DNA of 32,000 bases. Source: Nitrosococcus oceani ATCC 19707 (GTDB lineage Bacteria; Pseudomonadota; Gammaproteobacteria; Nitrosococcales; Nitrosococcaceae). Every line of letters begins with the position of its first letter. The stretch's first letter is position 1. The position numbers and the translations under genes were made by a program. Shown here in pieces: positions 1 to 10,438 of the stretch. The stretch lies in assembly GCF_000012805.1 (NCBI RefSeq), contig NC_007484.1:1950001-1982000 (forward strand), read 5' to 3'. The notes under the pieces are model-generated. The model was not told the origin of the DNA. It searched no databases and was given only the letters and a program-made list of their open reading frames with translations.

Positions 1-1074
1 GTTCACCACCTCCGGGACTTCAAGACACCACTGACGAACGACTTCAAATCGCTCCCGATCCCAGTCCGTGTCCGCAATAATATTGATAGCAACGGTAATG
101 CCTAGGGAACGGGCACATTCCAGAGCTTCCATGTTCTGGTCGAGAGAGACTCGCTTGCGGAATTTCTTTAATCCTTCCTCATCGATAGCCTCAAGGCCCA
201 GAAACATATACTCCACGCCCAATTCCCGCCAAAACTTAAAAACTTCCTTGTTACGCAAGAGTACATCGCCCCGCGTTTCAAGATAGAATTTTTTCTTGAT
301 CCCCTTGCGAGCAATCGCCTCACCAATCTCTAGTCCGTGCTTGGATTGGATAAAGGCCACATCATCCACAATAAAAATACCCGACTCCTTTATCCGCCCC
401 AACTCCTCAGCAGCCACCTCCGGACTAATCGTACGGTAACTCCTGCCATAAAAGGTCCAAGCGCTGCAAAAATTGCAGTCCCAAGGACACCCCCGTGAAA
501 ATTCAATGGAAGCGCAAGGATCAAGATGGCCGATAAAGTACTTACGCCGATGCCGCACCAGATCCCGGGCAGGCCGGATATCATCAAGGCTTGGCACCAT
601 AACGGGAGGCGGGCCATCACCCTCTAAAGTCACAACGCCAGGCACTTCCGTGATGGCTTCCCTATCCTCCTCGATCACCTCCATGAGCCGCGCCACGGAA
701 GATTCCCCCTCCCCGCGCAGCACGCAGTCAATCGCCCCGTCACCATGTTCCAGAAGCTCATGGGCGGTAAAGGTAGCGCTGTGCCCCCCCACAAAAAGAA
801 AACATTGAGGCAGGCGCCGCTTGGTCTCTTTTGCCAGATCAACTATCTCGGGCACATTAGCCAAGAAATTGCACGAGAAGGCCAGGGCATTAGGGCGCCA
901 ATGTTCAATGAACTTAAAATAGGCAGCATGAGTTTCTACCTGCAAATCAATAATTCGAACCTCATGCCCAGCCCGCCGAACCGCCTCGGCGACCAGTTCG
1001 AGCCCTAGGGGCTCCAGCCGTAAAAAAACCTCAGTGTACATGAGCGGACCTGGATGAACAGCGAGAAAACGCAT
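1..1074 (-). CDS. Class B (cobalamin-binding domain) radical SAM methyltransferase, hopanoid C-methylase-like (HpnR/HpnP family). N-terminal 358 codons only; the 3' end lies beyond the left window edge
   Basis: Absent from the ORF track because it has no stop in the window. My own reverse translation from ATG 1074-1072 gives 358 uninterrupted codons. GGAGG lies 7 nt upstream (cctcc at 1082-1086 on +). The protein reads MRFLAVHPGPLMYTEVFLRLEPLGLELVAEAVRRAGHEVRIIDLQ... (B12-binding-type N-domain), then ...ASIEFSRGCPWDCNFCSAWTFYGRSYR... (CxxxCxxC radical SAM cluster motif). It sits in a hopanoid gene neighbourhood. C-2 versus C-3 methylase cannot be decided by eye. Confidence 0.75.
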   Translation of the reverse strand, partial: MRFLAVHPGPLMYTEVFLRLEPLGLELVAEAVRRAGHEVRIIDLQVETHAAYFKFIEHWRPNALAFSCNFLANVPEIVDLAKETKRRLPQCFLFVGGHSATFTAHELLEHGDGAIDCVLRGEGESSVARLMEVIEEDREAITEVPGVVTLEGDGPPPVMVPSLDDIRPARDLVRHRRKYFIGHLDPCASIEFSRGCPWDCNFCSAWTFYGRSYRTISPEVAAEELGRIKESGIFIVDDVAFIQSKHGLEIGEAIARKGIKKKFYLETRGDVLLRNKEVFKFWRELGVEYMFLGLEAIDEEGLKKFRKRVSLDQNMEALECARSLGITVAINIIADTDWDRERFEVVRQWCLEVPEVVN

Positions 1075-1187
1075 CACACCACCTCCTTCCCGTCGCAGGC
1101 AATTTCAAAGAATAAGTACCTATGGACAAAATATGGAATATGTGTGATGCGAAGGAGAGTGTGTTGAAAATTTGCTTTTTCTCCCTG

Positions 1188-1231
1188 AAAAAAAGAGCTT
1201 GATGCCCGTCCTCCTTGGCATACCTCCAGCT
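1188..1231 (-). terminator. Putative intrinsic terminator (imperfect hairpin plus U7), either ending metE or acting as a leader attenuator for the radical SAM gene
   Basis: The minus-strand RNA reads AGCUGGAGGUAUGCCAAGGAGGACGGGCAUCAAGCUC followed by UUUUUUU (A7 at 1188-1194 on +). AGCU/AGCU and AUGCC/GGCAU can pair. The stem is interrupted and sits about 250 nt past the metE stop, so the call is only moderate. Confidence 0.35.
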
Positions 1232-1482
1232 ATCTCGATTTGCCCTTGGTGAATCCCATGGGGGCTTCCCTGTCCCCTCGTACCACGCTACTCTCTCGCC
1301 CCAATACCCCAGAAATTTTGCCGAGGAATTTAAGTTATAGTAGAAACGTTTCGATTATTCTAGGGAGGAAGTAGGTAAATGGTTAAGCGAACTCAGCAAC
1401 CCCCCTGTGTGGGAGGTCCAGTCCATCGCAGTAACATAGTTAGCGTGGCCATAAGTTGGGCCATCATACCTCCCATACTCAT

Positions 1483-3759
1483 TCAAGCACTCCGCAAACC
1501 ATGGGCCGCCGCCACCATGGTGCGAAGCGCCGTTTCTACTTCTGGCCACGCGCGAGTCTTAAGGCCGCAATCAGGATTAACCCAAAGCCGCTCGGCAGGA
1601 ATATATTCAGCCGCCTTTTTTATTAATCCTACAATTTGCGCTTCAGTGGGCACCACAGGAGAGTGGATGTCATAGACTCCCGGTCCTATTTCATTGGGGT
1701 ATTCAAAGGCGGCGAATGCGGCCAGCAGCTCCCCATCGGAGCGGGACGTTTCAATGGTAATCACATCCGCATCCAAAGCTGCGATGGCGTGAATGATATC
1801 GTTAAACTCCGAGTAACACATATGAGTGTGAATCTGAGTTCCGTCCTCCACTCCACTGGAAGCCACTCGGAAACAACGTACCGCCCAAGCTAAATAGGAC
1901 TCCCATTCCACGCGGCGTAACGGCAACCCTTCCCGGAAGGCTGGTTCATCGACCTGGATAAGCTTGATGTCTGCCTGCTCCAAATCCCGAACTTCATCAC
2001 GCAGGACAAGGGCTAATTGCAGGCAGGTATCAGCGCGAGGCTGATCATCACGTACGAAGGACCATTGCAGCAAAGTCACGGGACCCGTCAGCATCCCTTT
2101 AACCCGCCTTGAGGTCAGTGATTGAGCATAGCGTAGCCACGCTACCGTCATGGGCTGCCGGCGAACCACATCACCATAGATAATGGGCGGCTTGACACAC
2201 CGGGAACCATAGCTCTGAACCCATCCATTTTGGGTGAAAGCAAAACCTTCTAACTGCTCGCCAAAATATTCCACCATATCATTGCGTTCCGCCTCCCCAT
2301 GGACCAGTACATCTAATCCGTAACTTTCCTGCGCCTGGATAGCCCTTGCTATTTCGGCTTCCATCTGCCGTCGATATTCCGGTTCAGCGATTCGGCCCGC
2401 CTTAAAATCCCGCCGGGCCTTACGAATATCTGGGGTCTGAGGAAAGGAGCCAATAGTCGTGGTAGGATAAAGTGGCAATTTTAACTCTTCCCGCTGAACC
2501 TGAGCACGAACAGGGTACTTATGGCGCCGCCGAGTCATGTCTTCGTTCACTTCAGTCATACGGGCTCGAATTTCCGGCCGGTAAATCCGCTCTGACTGGC
2601 GGCGACTCGCTTGAGCCGCGGCTGAATCCGCCAATGCCTGAGCCACGACATCCCGCCCTTCCACTAACGCTCGCTTCAGAGTCGCTACCTCCTCGATTTT
2701 TTGCACGGCAAACGCCAACCATGACTTTAGCTCTTCATCCAACGCCGATTCTAAAGCTAAATCCATGGGGCTATGGAGTAAAGAGCAAGAAGGGGCGATC
2801 CAAAGCCGATCATCCAGGCGTTCCCGCAAGGCTTCTAACTGCGCCAGACTCGCTTCTAGATCATTACGCCAAATATTACGTCCATCCACGAGCCCAGCGG
2901 AGAGAATCTTATAAGAGGGAAACTCATCCAGCACCTTAGCCAATTGCTCAGGGGCGCTAACCAGATCGATATGCAGACCTTCTACCGGCAACTGGCAAGC
3001 CAACCGGGTATTATCGCCAAGCGCCCCAAAATAAGTGGCCAGGAGACGTTTCGGACCACCGTTAACCAAGCTAGAATAGGCCCTTTCAAAAGCGGCTTTC
3101 CAATCCGGAGGCAGATCCAAGACTAGAATCGGCTCATCAATCTGAACCCACTCGACTCCCTGCGTCTTGAGACGATGCAACACTTGACCATACACTGGGA
3201 GTAATGCGTCCAGTAAAGAAAGCTTATCGAACGTACTGCCTTTACTCTTACCTAGCCATAAAAAGCTCAAAGGCCCAAGTAATACTGGCTTAATGGGAAA
3301 ATCCAGTGCTTGCGCCTCCGCAACCTGGTTAAACAAGGTGCTGCTCGCTAGACGAAAAGCCTGCTGGGGTTGAAACTCAGGAACAATATAATGGTAATTG
3401 GTATTAAACCATTTAGTCATTTCACAGGCTGCCACCTCCTTTTTGCCAGGCGCTCGCCCTCGAGCCATGCAAAAGTAGGTATCCAGATCGACTTCATCTT
3501 GGATCTCACCGAATCGGGGCGGTACCACCCCTAGCAGGGCGGACATATCAAGCACCTGGTCATACCAGGAAAAATCACCCACAGGAACTAAGTCTAGACC
3601 CGCTTCTTGCTGCTGTTTCCAATGGAGTGCTCGCAACTCTCTGGTTACCTGAATCAGCTCTTGCTGACCCAGCTGTTCTTTCCAATAAGATTCCAGCGCC
3701 CACTTCAATTCCCGTTGGCCGCCTATTCGCGGGAAACCTAGATTATGTGCCACGATCAC
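1483..3759 (-). CDS. metE: 5-methyltetrahydropteroyltriglutamate--homocysteine S-methyltransferase (cobalamin-independent methionine synthase)
   Basis: The 769-aa ORF contains [16 protein letters not shown] near the N-terminus, a duplicated Meth_synt architecture, and the Zn-ligand motifs THMCYSEF and NPDCGLKTR. The ORF-track start at 3792 is a TTG. GTG at 3759 follows AAGGAAGG by 8 nt and gives [10 protein letters not shown], matching the usual MetE N-terminal length. GTG at 3753 is an alternative. Confidence 0.95.
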   Translation of the reverse strand: MIVAHNLGFPRIGGQRELKWALESYWKEQLGQQELIQVTRELRALHWKQQQEAGLDLVPVGDFSWYDQVLDMSALLGVVPPRFGEIQDEVDLDTYFCMARGRAPGKKEVAACEMTKWFNTNYHYIVPEFQPQQAFRLASSTLFNQVAEAQALDFPIKPVLLGPLSFLWLGKSKGSTFDKLSLLDALLPVYGQVLHRLKTQGVEWVQIDEPILVLDLPPDWKAAFERAYSSLVNGGPKRLLATYFGALGDNTRLACQLPVEGLHIDLVSAPEQLAKVLDEFPSYKILSAGLVDGRNIWRNDLEASLAQLEALRERLDDRLWIAPSCSLLHSPMDLALESALDEELKSWLAFAVQKIEEVATLKRALVEGRDVVAQALADSAAAQASRRQSERIYRPEIRARMTEVNEDMTRRRHKYPVRAQVQREELKLPLYPTTTIGSFPQTPDIRKARRDFKAGRIAEPEYRRQMEAEIARAIQAQESYGLDVLVHGEAERNDMVEYFGEQLEGFAFTQNGWVQSYGSRCVKPPIIYGDVVRRQPMTVAWLRYAQSLTSRRVKGMLTGPVTLLQWSFVRDDQPRADTCLQLALVLRDEVRDLEQADIKLIQVDEPAFREGLPLRRVEWESYLAWAVRCFRVASSGVEDGTQIHTHMCYSEFNDIIHAIAALDADVITIETSRSDGELLAAFAAFEYPNEIGPGVYDIHSPVVPTEAQIVGLIKKAAEYIPAERLWVNPDCGLKTRAWPEVETALRTMVAAAHGLRSA

Positions 3760-3851
3760 GATAAACACCTTCCTTATTGCTTTCCTTATCAATAAGGAAC
3801 AGTGTGCCCCAGGTAATTTATTAATACAATTTAATTATTTTTAAAATTTTA

Positions 3852-3864
3852 TGAATTTAATTCA
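3852..3864. promoter_or_regulatory. MetR-type operator candidate (TGAA-N5-TTCA) upstream of metE
   Basis: TGAATTTAATTCA matches the published LysR-type MetR consensus TGAANNNNNTTCA exactly. It lies about 95 nt upstream of the proposed metE start, in an AT-rich 168-nt intergenic region. Confidence 0.45.
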
Positions 3865-3927
3865 TGAAATTCTAGTTAACCTTTATATTTAGAGAACTGC
3901 GAAACATTTAAGATTTCGAATCGTAAC

Positions 3928-6036
3928 CTAGCTTATATGACGCAATAAAACCAATGCCCGCCCCTTAACCGTCACTTGCCCGCCTGCCTCATATCGGCGA
4001 TGATCTTCCTCAGAAAGAGCCTCATCCGTATCCAGGGATTTTAGCCAGTGTTGTCCCCATTCTTCGTTTGGGAGAGTAAAGGTCAGCGGCTTATGGTGAG
4101 CATTGAAGAGCAGGTAAAAGCTATCGTCAACCACCGGCTCGCCATACCTATCGGTGTCGATAATTCCCGCGCCATTTAAATACACTCCCAAGGATTTAGC
4201 ATAACCCACACCCCAATCTTCCTCCGACATTTCCTGGCCTTCGGGCGTAAACCACTTGATATCAAAAATACTGCTGCCGTGAATAGGGCGGCCCTGAAAC
4301 CAGTGCCGGCGGCGAAAGATGGGATGTTCCTTTCTAAAATGAATCAACCGCTGGGTAAATTCCAGCAAAGTCTCATCTCTATGGGCCCAATCCAACCAAG
4401 AGATCTCATTATCCTGGCAATAAGCATTATTGTTCCCTTGCTGGGTTCGACCTATTTCATCACCCCCCAGCAACATGGGCACACCTTGGGACAAAAATAG
4501 GGTCGTCAGGAAATTACGCTTCTGACGAGCTCGAAGCCTATTGATTTTAGGGTCATCGGTAGGCCCCTCAACGCCGCAATTCCAGGAGCGATTATGACTT
4601 TCACCATCTTGGTTATCCTCCCCATTGGCCTCGTTATGCTTCTCGTTATAAGAAACCAGATCATGGAGGGTAAAACCATCATGGGCAGTGATAAAATTGA
4701 CGCTTGCAAAAGGCCGGCGGCCACTGGCTTCATAAAGATCCGAGCTACCGGTAAACCGATAGGCAAATTCACCCAAAGTCTGCTCCTCCCCACGCCAATA
4801 ATCACGCATGGAATCCCGGTATTTCCCATTCCATTCAGCCCAACCCGGCGGAAAATTACCGACCTGATAACCTCCTTCGCCCAGATCCCAGGGCTCGGCA
4901 ATCAACTTGACCTGAGAAATTACCGGATCTTGGTGGATAATGTCGAAGAAGGCCCCCAGACGATCCACTTCATGCAACTCCCTTGCAAGCGCTGACGCCA
5001 AGTCAAATCGAAATCCATCCACATGCATCTCCAGTACCCAATAGCGGAGGCTATCCATAATCAGCTGCAGGGTGCGGGGATGCATCATATTGAGGGTGTT
5101 GCCGCAGCCCGTGTAGTCCATGTAGGCGCGAGAGTCCTCAGGCTGCAAACGGTAATAACTAACATTATCAACTCCCCGGAAACAAAGGGTAGGCCCTAAC
5201 TCGTTCCCCTCGGCGGTATGATTGTAAACCACATCTAAAATCACCTCGATCCCCGCCGCATGTAACTTCTTGACCATAGCCTTAAACTCGCTAACATGCT
5301 GACCTACATCAGAATAGCTAGCGTAGCGGGCATCCGGGGCAAAGTAGCCTATAGAATCGTAACCCCAATAATTACGCAAACCCTGTTCGACTAAACGGCG
5401 CTCGGAAACGCAGTGATGAACCGGCATGAGTTCGACCGCTGTCACCCCCAGGGAATGGAGATACTCAATTACCGCCGGGCAAACCAAGCCACTATAGGTC
5501 CCCCGCAGATGTTCTGGAACCTCTGGGTGGCGAGCGGTAAAACCCTTAACATGAACCTCATAGATCACGGTCTCATCCCAGGGAGTTCGCAGCTGGCGAT
5601 CTCCTTCCCAATCAAAACTGGGGTCGATCACCACGCATTTAGGCAGCATTGTGGCGCTATCGCGCTCATCCTTGCTAAGATCAGCCTCGGGGTGCCCAAC
5701 TTGATAGCCATAAAGGGCATCGTCCCACTGGACTGTTCCCTCAATAGCCTTAGCATAAGGATCAAACAGTAATTTAGCTGGGTTAAAGCGATGACCAGCA
5801 TGGGGCTCATAAGGACCATGAACCCGAAAACCATAGCGTTGTCCTGGCCCCACCCCTGGCAAGTAGCCATGCCAAGAAAAATTGGAGGCTTCTGAAAGCC
5901 GAATCCGTATCTCCTCCGGACCATTGAATAGGCAAAGTTCTACTGCCGTCGCATGTTCTGAAAAAAGAGCAAAATTAGTCCCTGAACCATCCCAGGTCGC
6001 TCCCAACGGGTAAGGATCTCCCGGCCATAACTTCAT
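3928..6036 (-). CDS. glgX: Glycogen debranching enzyme GlgX (GH13 isoamylase-type)
   Basis: [26 protein letters not shown] is the typical GlgX N-terminus. GH13 catalytic motifs are present: [18 protein letters not shown] and [10 protein letters not shown]. The maximal ORF starts at TTG 6078, with in-frame ATGs at 6066, 6048 and 6036. I chose 6036 by N-terminal homology, and the start remains uncertain. Confidence 0.93.
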   Translation of the reverse strand: MKLWPGDPYPLGATWDGSGTNFALFSEHATAVELCLFNGPEEIRIRLSEASNFSWHGYLPGVGPGQRYGFRVHGPYEPHAGHRFNPAKLLFDPYAKAIEGTVQWDDALYGYQVGHPEADLSKDERDSATMLPKCVVIDPSFDWEGDRQLRTPWDETVIYEVHVKGFTARHPEVPEHLRGTYSGLVCPAVIEYLHSLGVTAVELMPVHHCVSERRLVEQGLRNYWGYDSIGYFAPDARYASYSDVGQHVSEFKAMVKKLHAAGIEVILDVVYNHTAEGNELGPTLCFRGVDNVSYYRLQPEDSRAYMDYTGCGNTLNMMHPRTLQLIMDSLRYWVLEMHVDGFRFDLASALARELHEVDRLGAFFDIIHQDPVISQVKLIAEPWDLGEGGYQVGNFPPGWAEWNGKYRDSMRDYWRGEEQTLGEFAYRFTGSSDLYEASGRRPFASVNFITAHDGFTLHDLVSYNEKHNEANGEDNQDGESHNRSWNCGVEGPTDDPKINRLRARQKRNFLTTLFLSQGVPMLLGGDEIGRTQQGNNNAYCQDNEISWLDWAHRDETLLEFTQRLIHFRKEHPIFRRRHWFQGRPIHGSSIFDIKWFTPEGQEMSEEDWGVGYAKSLGVYLNGAGIIDTDRYGEPVVDDSFYLLFNAHHKPLTFTLPNEEWGQHWLKSLDTDEALSEEDHRRYEAGGQVTVKGRALVLLRHIS

Positions 6037-6218
6037 AGGTTTATCCATTTTTTGGAGTTTCACCATAACTGATTTCAATTTTGTTCCTGCAAAACTTCAT
6101 CCGCCCGGAGAATTCGCGGTTCCTCGCAGCCTTCGGCGAAGGGGCTTCCTTGGCCTCCGTTGGTTGGTCGCTCCTCGCGCTTTCACTTCACACCCTCGCT
6201 AGGGGAAAACATCCATGT

Positions 6219-7871
6219 TTAATTCCAACGTTCGACTCCAGCAGAGATTGGGGGCTCAAAATAAAATAGTAACAACAGCCCAACCAAAACGAATGGCAAG
6301 CGCCAAACCCAACCTGCCCAATAACCCCCGATAGGAGCAAGCCGAAGCTCTAACCAGCGCCCTACTCCCATGATAACAGCAAGGATACCAAGCGCCGCAT
6401 GGTGAGCCTCAATGAGGAATTCAGATTTCAGGGCAAACACCGTATGGGAGTGAGTCAATAGTAAAGCACCGCCCACCAAACAAAGCCAGGGGAAAACCAA
6501 CAGAGCCCTGGGGTCAGCTATCTTTCCTATCCGGACCCGCCACTCAAATAAGCCAAGGGCAATAACCAGCACGGTGAGCAAACGATGCTGCAACACCACG
6601 GGTACTTGCAACGTACTCCAAAAACTTTCCGGTCCTAGGGGCCAAACAGTAGAAGCAGCGAATAAGAACAGAAAAACAGCCAGCCCCAAAAACAGTAAAG
6701 GCCAATGACGTGCCCAGGTAAAGTACTTGCTGCGATCCACAAGTGCCAGAAGCGCCATAACCAGAACGATTACCCCAGAAAAATTATGATTGAAGTTGCT
6801 TTGCGCTCTTTCAGCAGCTACGGGCACAGCGTAATTATCAAAAACGGAGCTAGCAGCTGCAGAATATTCTTCCCGCGATGGCGGAATTAAATGGGGCATT
6901 CTCGGCATAAAATGGCCAATTACCTCGCTAAAACTAGCCTGCTGCTGATTAGGCGTGTCCACTGCTGGTGGCAAAGAGGTTAGGGTTGCCGCCAAAAGCA
7001 AGACAACGCCCAATACCCAGCTCTCCACCCCCAAAAAAAGTGGGACTTTCTCCAATACCCCCTTTGCTTGATGATGCTTCCGCCACTGCCTAACCTGGGA
7101 GAAGTTTCTAGCCGCCAGCACCAACGCCAAAGCCAACAATATCGTCTTGGCAATGACCATAACTCCATAGCCGGTTCCTACCAGACCTTGCCAACTCCCC
7201 ACATACGCTATCGCTAGGTAGGCTCCGGCAGTAACCAGAAGAATCACCGAGCCCAACGCCAGGAGAGAAAAACGCGCCAGCCAGCGGGGCCAAAGATAAG
7301 AAATCTCTAAATTCCCCCATAGCAGCCGCCACAAAACAAGCAAATGAAAAACTCCCCCCACCCAAATAATAGCGGCCGCCTGGTGCAGCACGGTAATAAT
7401 CATCAGCGGTATCCGATCATCAATTCGGCTCGCGCCATGCACAGACCAAGCCCCCGCCACAACCATTCCGCTGGCACATAGCGCTAAGACTATCCAGGCA
7501 GCAAGGGAAGTCGGCCGTCGCATGAGCCAGAGCCAGGACACGATAGTCAACCCTAAAGCCGCCATGACCCGTATTATTCCTGCTTGGGCAAAACCTGTCT
7601 CCAGAAACTGTATGACCGGCCATTCCCTTAGCTCATCAGTTAAAAGCAAGAATTGAAGCCCTAACCGAAGAGCCTGAATGGCTACCAGAACTCCGCCCCC
7701 CACCGCTATCCAAATAACGCTGGAGCGCAGTGCTATTTGGCCCATAATAGTAAGCGGCCGCCAAGGCTGTAATACAGCAAGAGCCGCTGTTACCCCACCT
7801 ACCGTCAACGCTAATGCAATAAAATCAAATCCGTGCAGTAAAACACCAACAAACTCGATAAGCGGCGTCAT
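6219..7871 (-). CDS. copD: CopD-family copper resistance/transport membrane protein with a C-terminal multi-TM extension
   Basis: The 550-aa protein is very hydrophobic, with at least 12 predicted TM segments, and starts 15 nt downstream of copC. The N-terminal ~290 aa look like CopD. After a soluble linker (PPAVDTPNQQQASF...SNFNHNFSG), another ~190 aa of TM helices carry His motifs (THSH, EAHH). Confidence 0.7.
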   Translation of the reverse strand: MTPLIEFVGVLLHGFDFIALALTVGGVTAALAVLQPWRPLTIMGQIALRSSVIWIAVGGGVLVAIQALRLGLQFLLLTDELREWPVIQFLETGFAQAGIIRVMAALGLTIVSWLWLMRRPTSLAAWIVLALCASGMVVAGAWSVHGASRIDDRIPLMIITVLHQAAAIIWVGGVFHLLVLWRLLWGNLEISYLWPRWLARFSLLALGSVILLVTAGAYLAIAYVGSWQGLVGTGYGVMVIAKTILLALALVLAARNFSQVRQWRKHHQAKGVLEKVPLFLGVESWVLGVVLLLAATLTSLPPAVDTPNQQQASFSEVIGHFMPRMPHLIPPSREEYSAAASSVFDNYAVPVAAERAQSNFNHNFSGVIVLVMALLALVDRSKYFTWARHWPLLFLGLAVFLFLFAASTVWPLGPESFWSTLQVPVVLQHRLLTVLVIALGLFEWRVRIGKIADPRALLVFPWLCLVGGALLLTHSHTVFALKSEFLIEAHHAALGILAVIMGVGRWLELRLAPIGGYWAGWVWRLPFVLVGLLLLFYFEPPISAGVERWN

Positions 7872-7886
7872 CGAAACCCTATACTT

Positions 7887-8300
7887 TTACTCGGGTTCGT
7901 TGATGGCGAAACGAACAACCCCTTCCATGGTATGGCCATCCGCAGCTAGAATTTTATAGCGTACTTGGTAGGCGCCTGACTTCAAGGGAGGTAAAGAGAT
8001 GTGAAGACAAGCCGGCTCAGCGTCCTGGGTGAAATTACGATCAGCAATAGGGAGCATTTTCAGGCGGGCCTCCATACTCCAAAGATTTACCCGGCTAAAA
8101 GCCTTTTCTATCTTGACATTAAAGCAAAGTGTAATGGTGTCAGGAGCTTGCGTAAGTAGCGCTTGGTCGGCCGGCGAGGATTTCACAACCACGGCGTGTT
8201 CCCAAGCTAGCGTTACCGTTATCCCCAGAACCAGCAATATCCGAACACCTGAAGATAACCCCTCCATCAACGAGGGCATCTTCGCAGTTTTCGGTATCAT
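7887..8300 (-). CDS. copC: CopC-domain periplasmic copper-binding protein
   Basis: A signal-like segment (VRILLVLGITVTLAW) is followed by HAVVVKSSPADQALL...YQVRYKILAADGHTMEGVVRFAI. This shows the CopC fold signature, with His at or near the mature N-terminus and a DGH motif. It is immediately followed by copD. In-frame ATGs at 8279 and 8267 are alternative starts. Confidence 0.8.
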   Translation of the reverse strand: MIPKTAKMPSLMEGLSSGVRILLVLGITVTLAWEHAVVVKSSPADQALLTQAPDTITLCFNVKIEKAFSRVNLWSMEARLKMLPIADRNFTQDAEPACLHISLPPLKSGAYQVRYKILAADGHTMEGVVRFAINEPE

Positions 8301-8360
8301 GAAGCATTTCTCGAACTTTGGGAGAACAAACGGGGGGAATTCTGAGCGCAGACTTCCCTC

Positions 8361-10283
8361 TTAACCATGGGTACCTGCTGCGGAGGAAACCACGCTAGCC
8401 TTGGACTTAGGCAGCCGAGCACGGTAGGTTTTCACGCGCTGGAGAATGCCCTCAGCATTCAAATGACACTGCTCCAAGAGCGCCTCACGGGAGCCATGTT
8501 CTAAAAAATTATCAGGTAAACCATGCAGGAGTAAAGGCACTGAAACCCCATGATAAGCCAAGCATTCGCTGACAGCGCTCCCCGCGCCGCCCGCAATAAC
8601 ATTATCCTCTACAGTCACCAGCAATTCATGGTTCATCGCCATTTCCAGGACCAAATCTTCATCCAAGGGTTTAACAAAGCGCATATTCACCACCGTGGCA
8701 TCCAGCTTTTCCGCTGCTTCAAGGGCGGGCGCCACCGTGGCACCAAAAGCAAGGATAGCAATACCCCGACCTTTCCGCTTAAGCTCAGCCTTACCCAGCG
8801 GCAGTGCTGTCATGCTTGCTTCAACGGCTACCCCTGGTCCTTTCCCACGAGGATAACGGACTGCTGCCGGTTGGTTAAGCAGGAAACCCGTATAAAGCAT
8901 CTGCCGGCACTCATTTTCATCTGCCGGAGCCATCACTACCAGGTTAGGGATGCAGCGAAGATAGGTCAAATCAAAGCTACCCGCATGGGTAGGGCCATCC
9001 GGCCCTACCACCCCAGCTCGATCTATGGCAAAAAGCACTGGCAGGTTTTGCAGAGCAACATCATGAATCAGCTGATCATAGGCCCGCTGTAGAAAAGTGG
9101 AGTAAATCGCAACCACCGGTTTTAACCCATCGCATGCCATCCCGGCAGCTAAAGTCACACTGTGCTGCTCGGCAATAGCCACATCAAAGTAACGTTCCGG
9201 AAAACATTCAGAAAATTTCACCAGACCCGACCCCTCCCGCATAGCGGGAGTAATGCCTACCAAGAGTCCATCCTGGGCTGCCATATCACACAACCACTGG
9301 CTGAAGACTTGAGTGTAGCTCATTGCGGATGATGGTTTTTGGGGCCCTTGCTGGATGCCAACCTTAGGATCAAACGGGGTTACCCCATGATAGGTGACCG
9401 GATTTTCCTCCGCTAGCGTATAACCTTTACCCTTACAGGTGACGATATGCAACAGACGGGGGCCAGTTAACTTATGTAAATTCCGTAAGGTACGAATCAA
9501 CGAACTCAAATCATGCCCATCGATAGGGCCGAAATAATTAAAGCCCATCTCTTCAAACAAAGTCCCCGGAGCTACCATCCCTTTCACATGTTCTTCCGTG
9601 CGGCGCGCTAATTCCCACATAGGTGGCGGCATACGTTCAAGCACCTTTTTGCTACCTTCCCGCACCGTTGAGTAAACCCGCCCACTTAATAACCGTGTCA
9701 AATAACTAGAAATTGCGCCCACATTAGGAGAAATGGACATCTCGTTATCATTCAGGATCACAAGTAAATCAGCCCCCAGGGCACCGGCATGATCCAACGC
9801 CTCATAAGCCATTCCTGCCGTCATTCCGCCATCGCCGATAATGGCCACTGTTTTGCGCTTCTCCCCCTTCTCATTAGCGGCAATGGCCATACCGAGAGCG
9901 GCACTAATCGAAGTGCTAGAATGACCCACGCCAAAAGTATCGTAAGGACTCTCGTGACGACTGGGGAAGGGCGCCAAACCGCCTGCTTGACGGATAGTTC
10001 CCAACCGTTCCCGTCGTCCTGTGAGCACTTTGTGGGGATAGGCTTGATGCCCTACATCCCATACCAGGCGATCTTCCGGAGTGGCAAAAATATAGTGTAG
10101 GGCGATCGTCAATTCGATAGTCCCCAAACCTGCAGCCAAGTGTCCGCCACTGCGAGCGACGGAGTGAAGGAGAAAATCGCGCAATTCCTCGGCGAGAGTC
10201 TCTAGATCCGACTCAGGCAAACGGCGCAAACGCTCCGGGGAATCAATCTGTTCTAATAGAGGATAGCTAGTTACAGAGGCCAT
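8361..10283 (-). CDS. dxs: 1-deoxy-D-xylulose-5-phosphate synthase
   Basis: The 640-aa protein has [14 protein letters not shown] at the N-terminus, the [14 protein letters not shown] motif, the TPP-binding [20 protein letters not shown] motif, and transketolase-like central and C-terminal domains. Confidence 0.96.
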   Translation of the reverse strand: MASVTSYPLLEQIDSPERLRRLPESDLETLAEELRDFLLHSVARSGGHLAAGLGTIELTIALHYIFATPEDRLVWDVGHQAYPHKVLTGRRERLGTIRQAGGLAPFPSRHESPYDTFGVGHSSTSISAALGMAIAANEKGEKRKTVAIIGDGGMTAGMAYEALDHAGALGADLLVILNDNEMSISPNVGAISSYLTRLLSGRVYSTVREGSKKVLERMPPPMWELARRTEEHVKGMVAPGTLFEEMGFNYFGPIDGHDLSSLIRTLRNLHKLTGPRLLHIVTCKGKGYTLAEENPVTYHGVTPFDPKVGIQQGPQKPSSAMSYTQVFSQWLCDMAAQDGLLVGITPAMREGSGLVKFSECFPERYFDVAIAEQHSVTLAAGMACDGLKPVVAIYSTFLQRAYDQLIHDVALQNLPVLFAIDRAGVVGPDGPTHAGSFDLTYLRCIPNLVVMAPADENECRQMLYTGFLLNQPAAVRYPRGKGPGVAVEASMTALPLGKAELKRKGRGIAILAFGATVAPALEAAEKLDATVVNMRFVKPLDEDLVLEMAMNHELLVTVEDNVIAGGAGSAVSECLAYHGVSVPLLLHGLPDNFLEHGSREALLEQCHLNAEGILQRVKTYRARLPKSKASVVSSAAGTHG

Positions 10284-10438
10284 GGTTTGTCCATAATGAC
10301 ATTTATAAGACCTTACAATTATGTTAAAGCACCGTACCGAAGCGCAAGGATTTTTTTAGCAACACTGGAGAAAAACTAGTAACATATATAAAACTAAGAA
10401 TTGTTTATCTCTAAGCATGCCCGGTCCCTATAAGGTAA

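Noticed and set aside
3760-3927. Possible cobalamin riboswitch upstream of metE, which is common in other bacteria
   Set aside because: The region is only 168 nt and very AT-rich. I found no B12-box-like element (AGYCMGGAGACCKGCC type) and no GCCACUG. A MetR-type palindrome explains regulation better.
6079-6218. GC-rich 140-bp spacer between copD and glgX, with short hairpins (CCTTC-GGC-GAAGG) and repeated CTCGC pentamers. I considered it as a REP-like or mobile-element remnant. It also overlaps the 62-aa ORF at 6081-6269.
   Set aside because: The stems are only 4-5 bp, there is no second copy in the window, and there are no terminal inverted repeats. The ORF has no RBS or recognisable motif. 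Nothing supports more than a weak terminator or spacer.
8550-9092. 180-aa plus-strand ORF inside dxs. Similar antisense or alternative-frame ORFs occur at 2472-2939 (metE), 4506-4901 and 4594-4995 (glgX), 7108-7365 (copD), 20789-21136 (lpxA), 23136-23444 (aminotransferase) and 27475-27810 (receiver).
   Set aside because: All lie entirely within strongly supported genes with clear family motifs. Their translations are low-complexity, Arg/Ser/Pro-rich shadow-frame products with no recognisable motifs or RBS.
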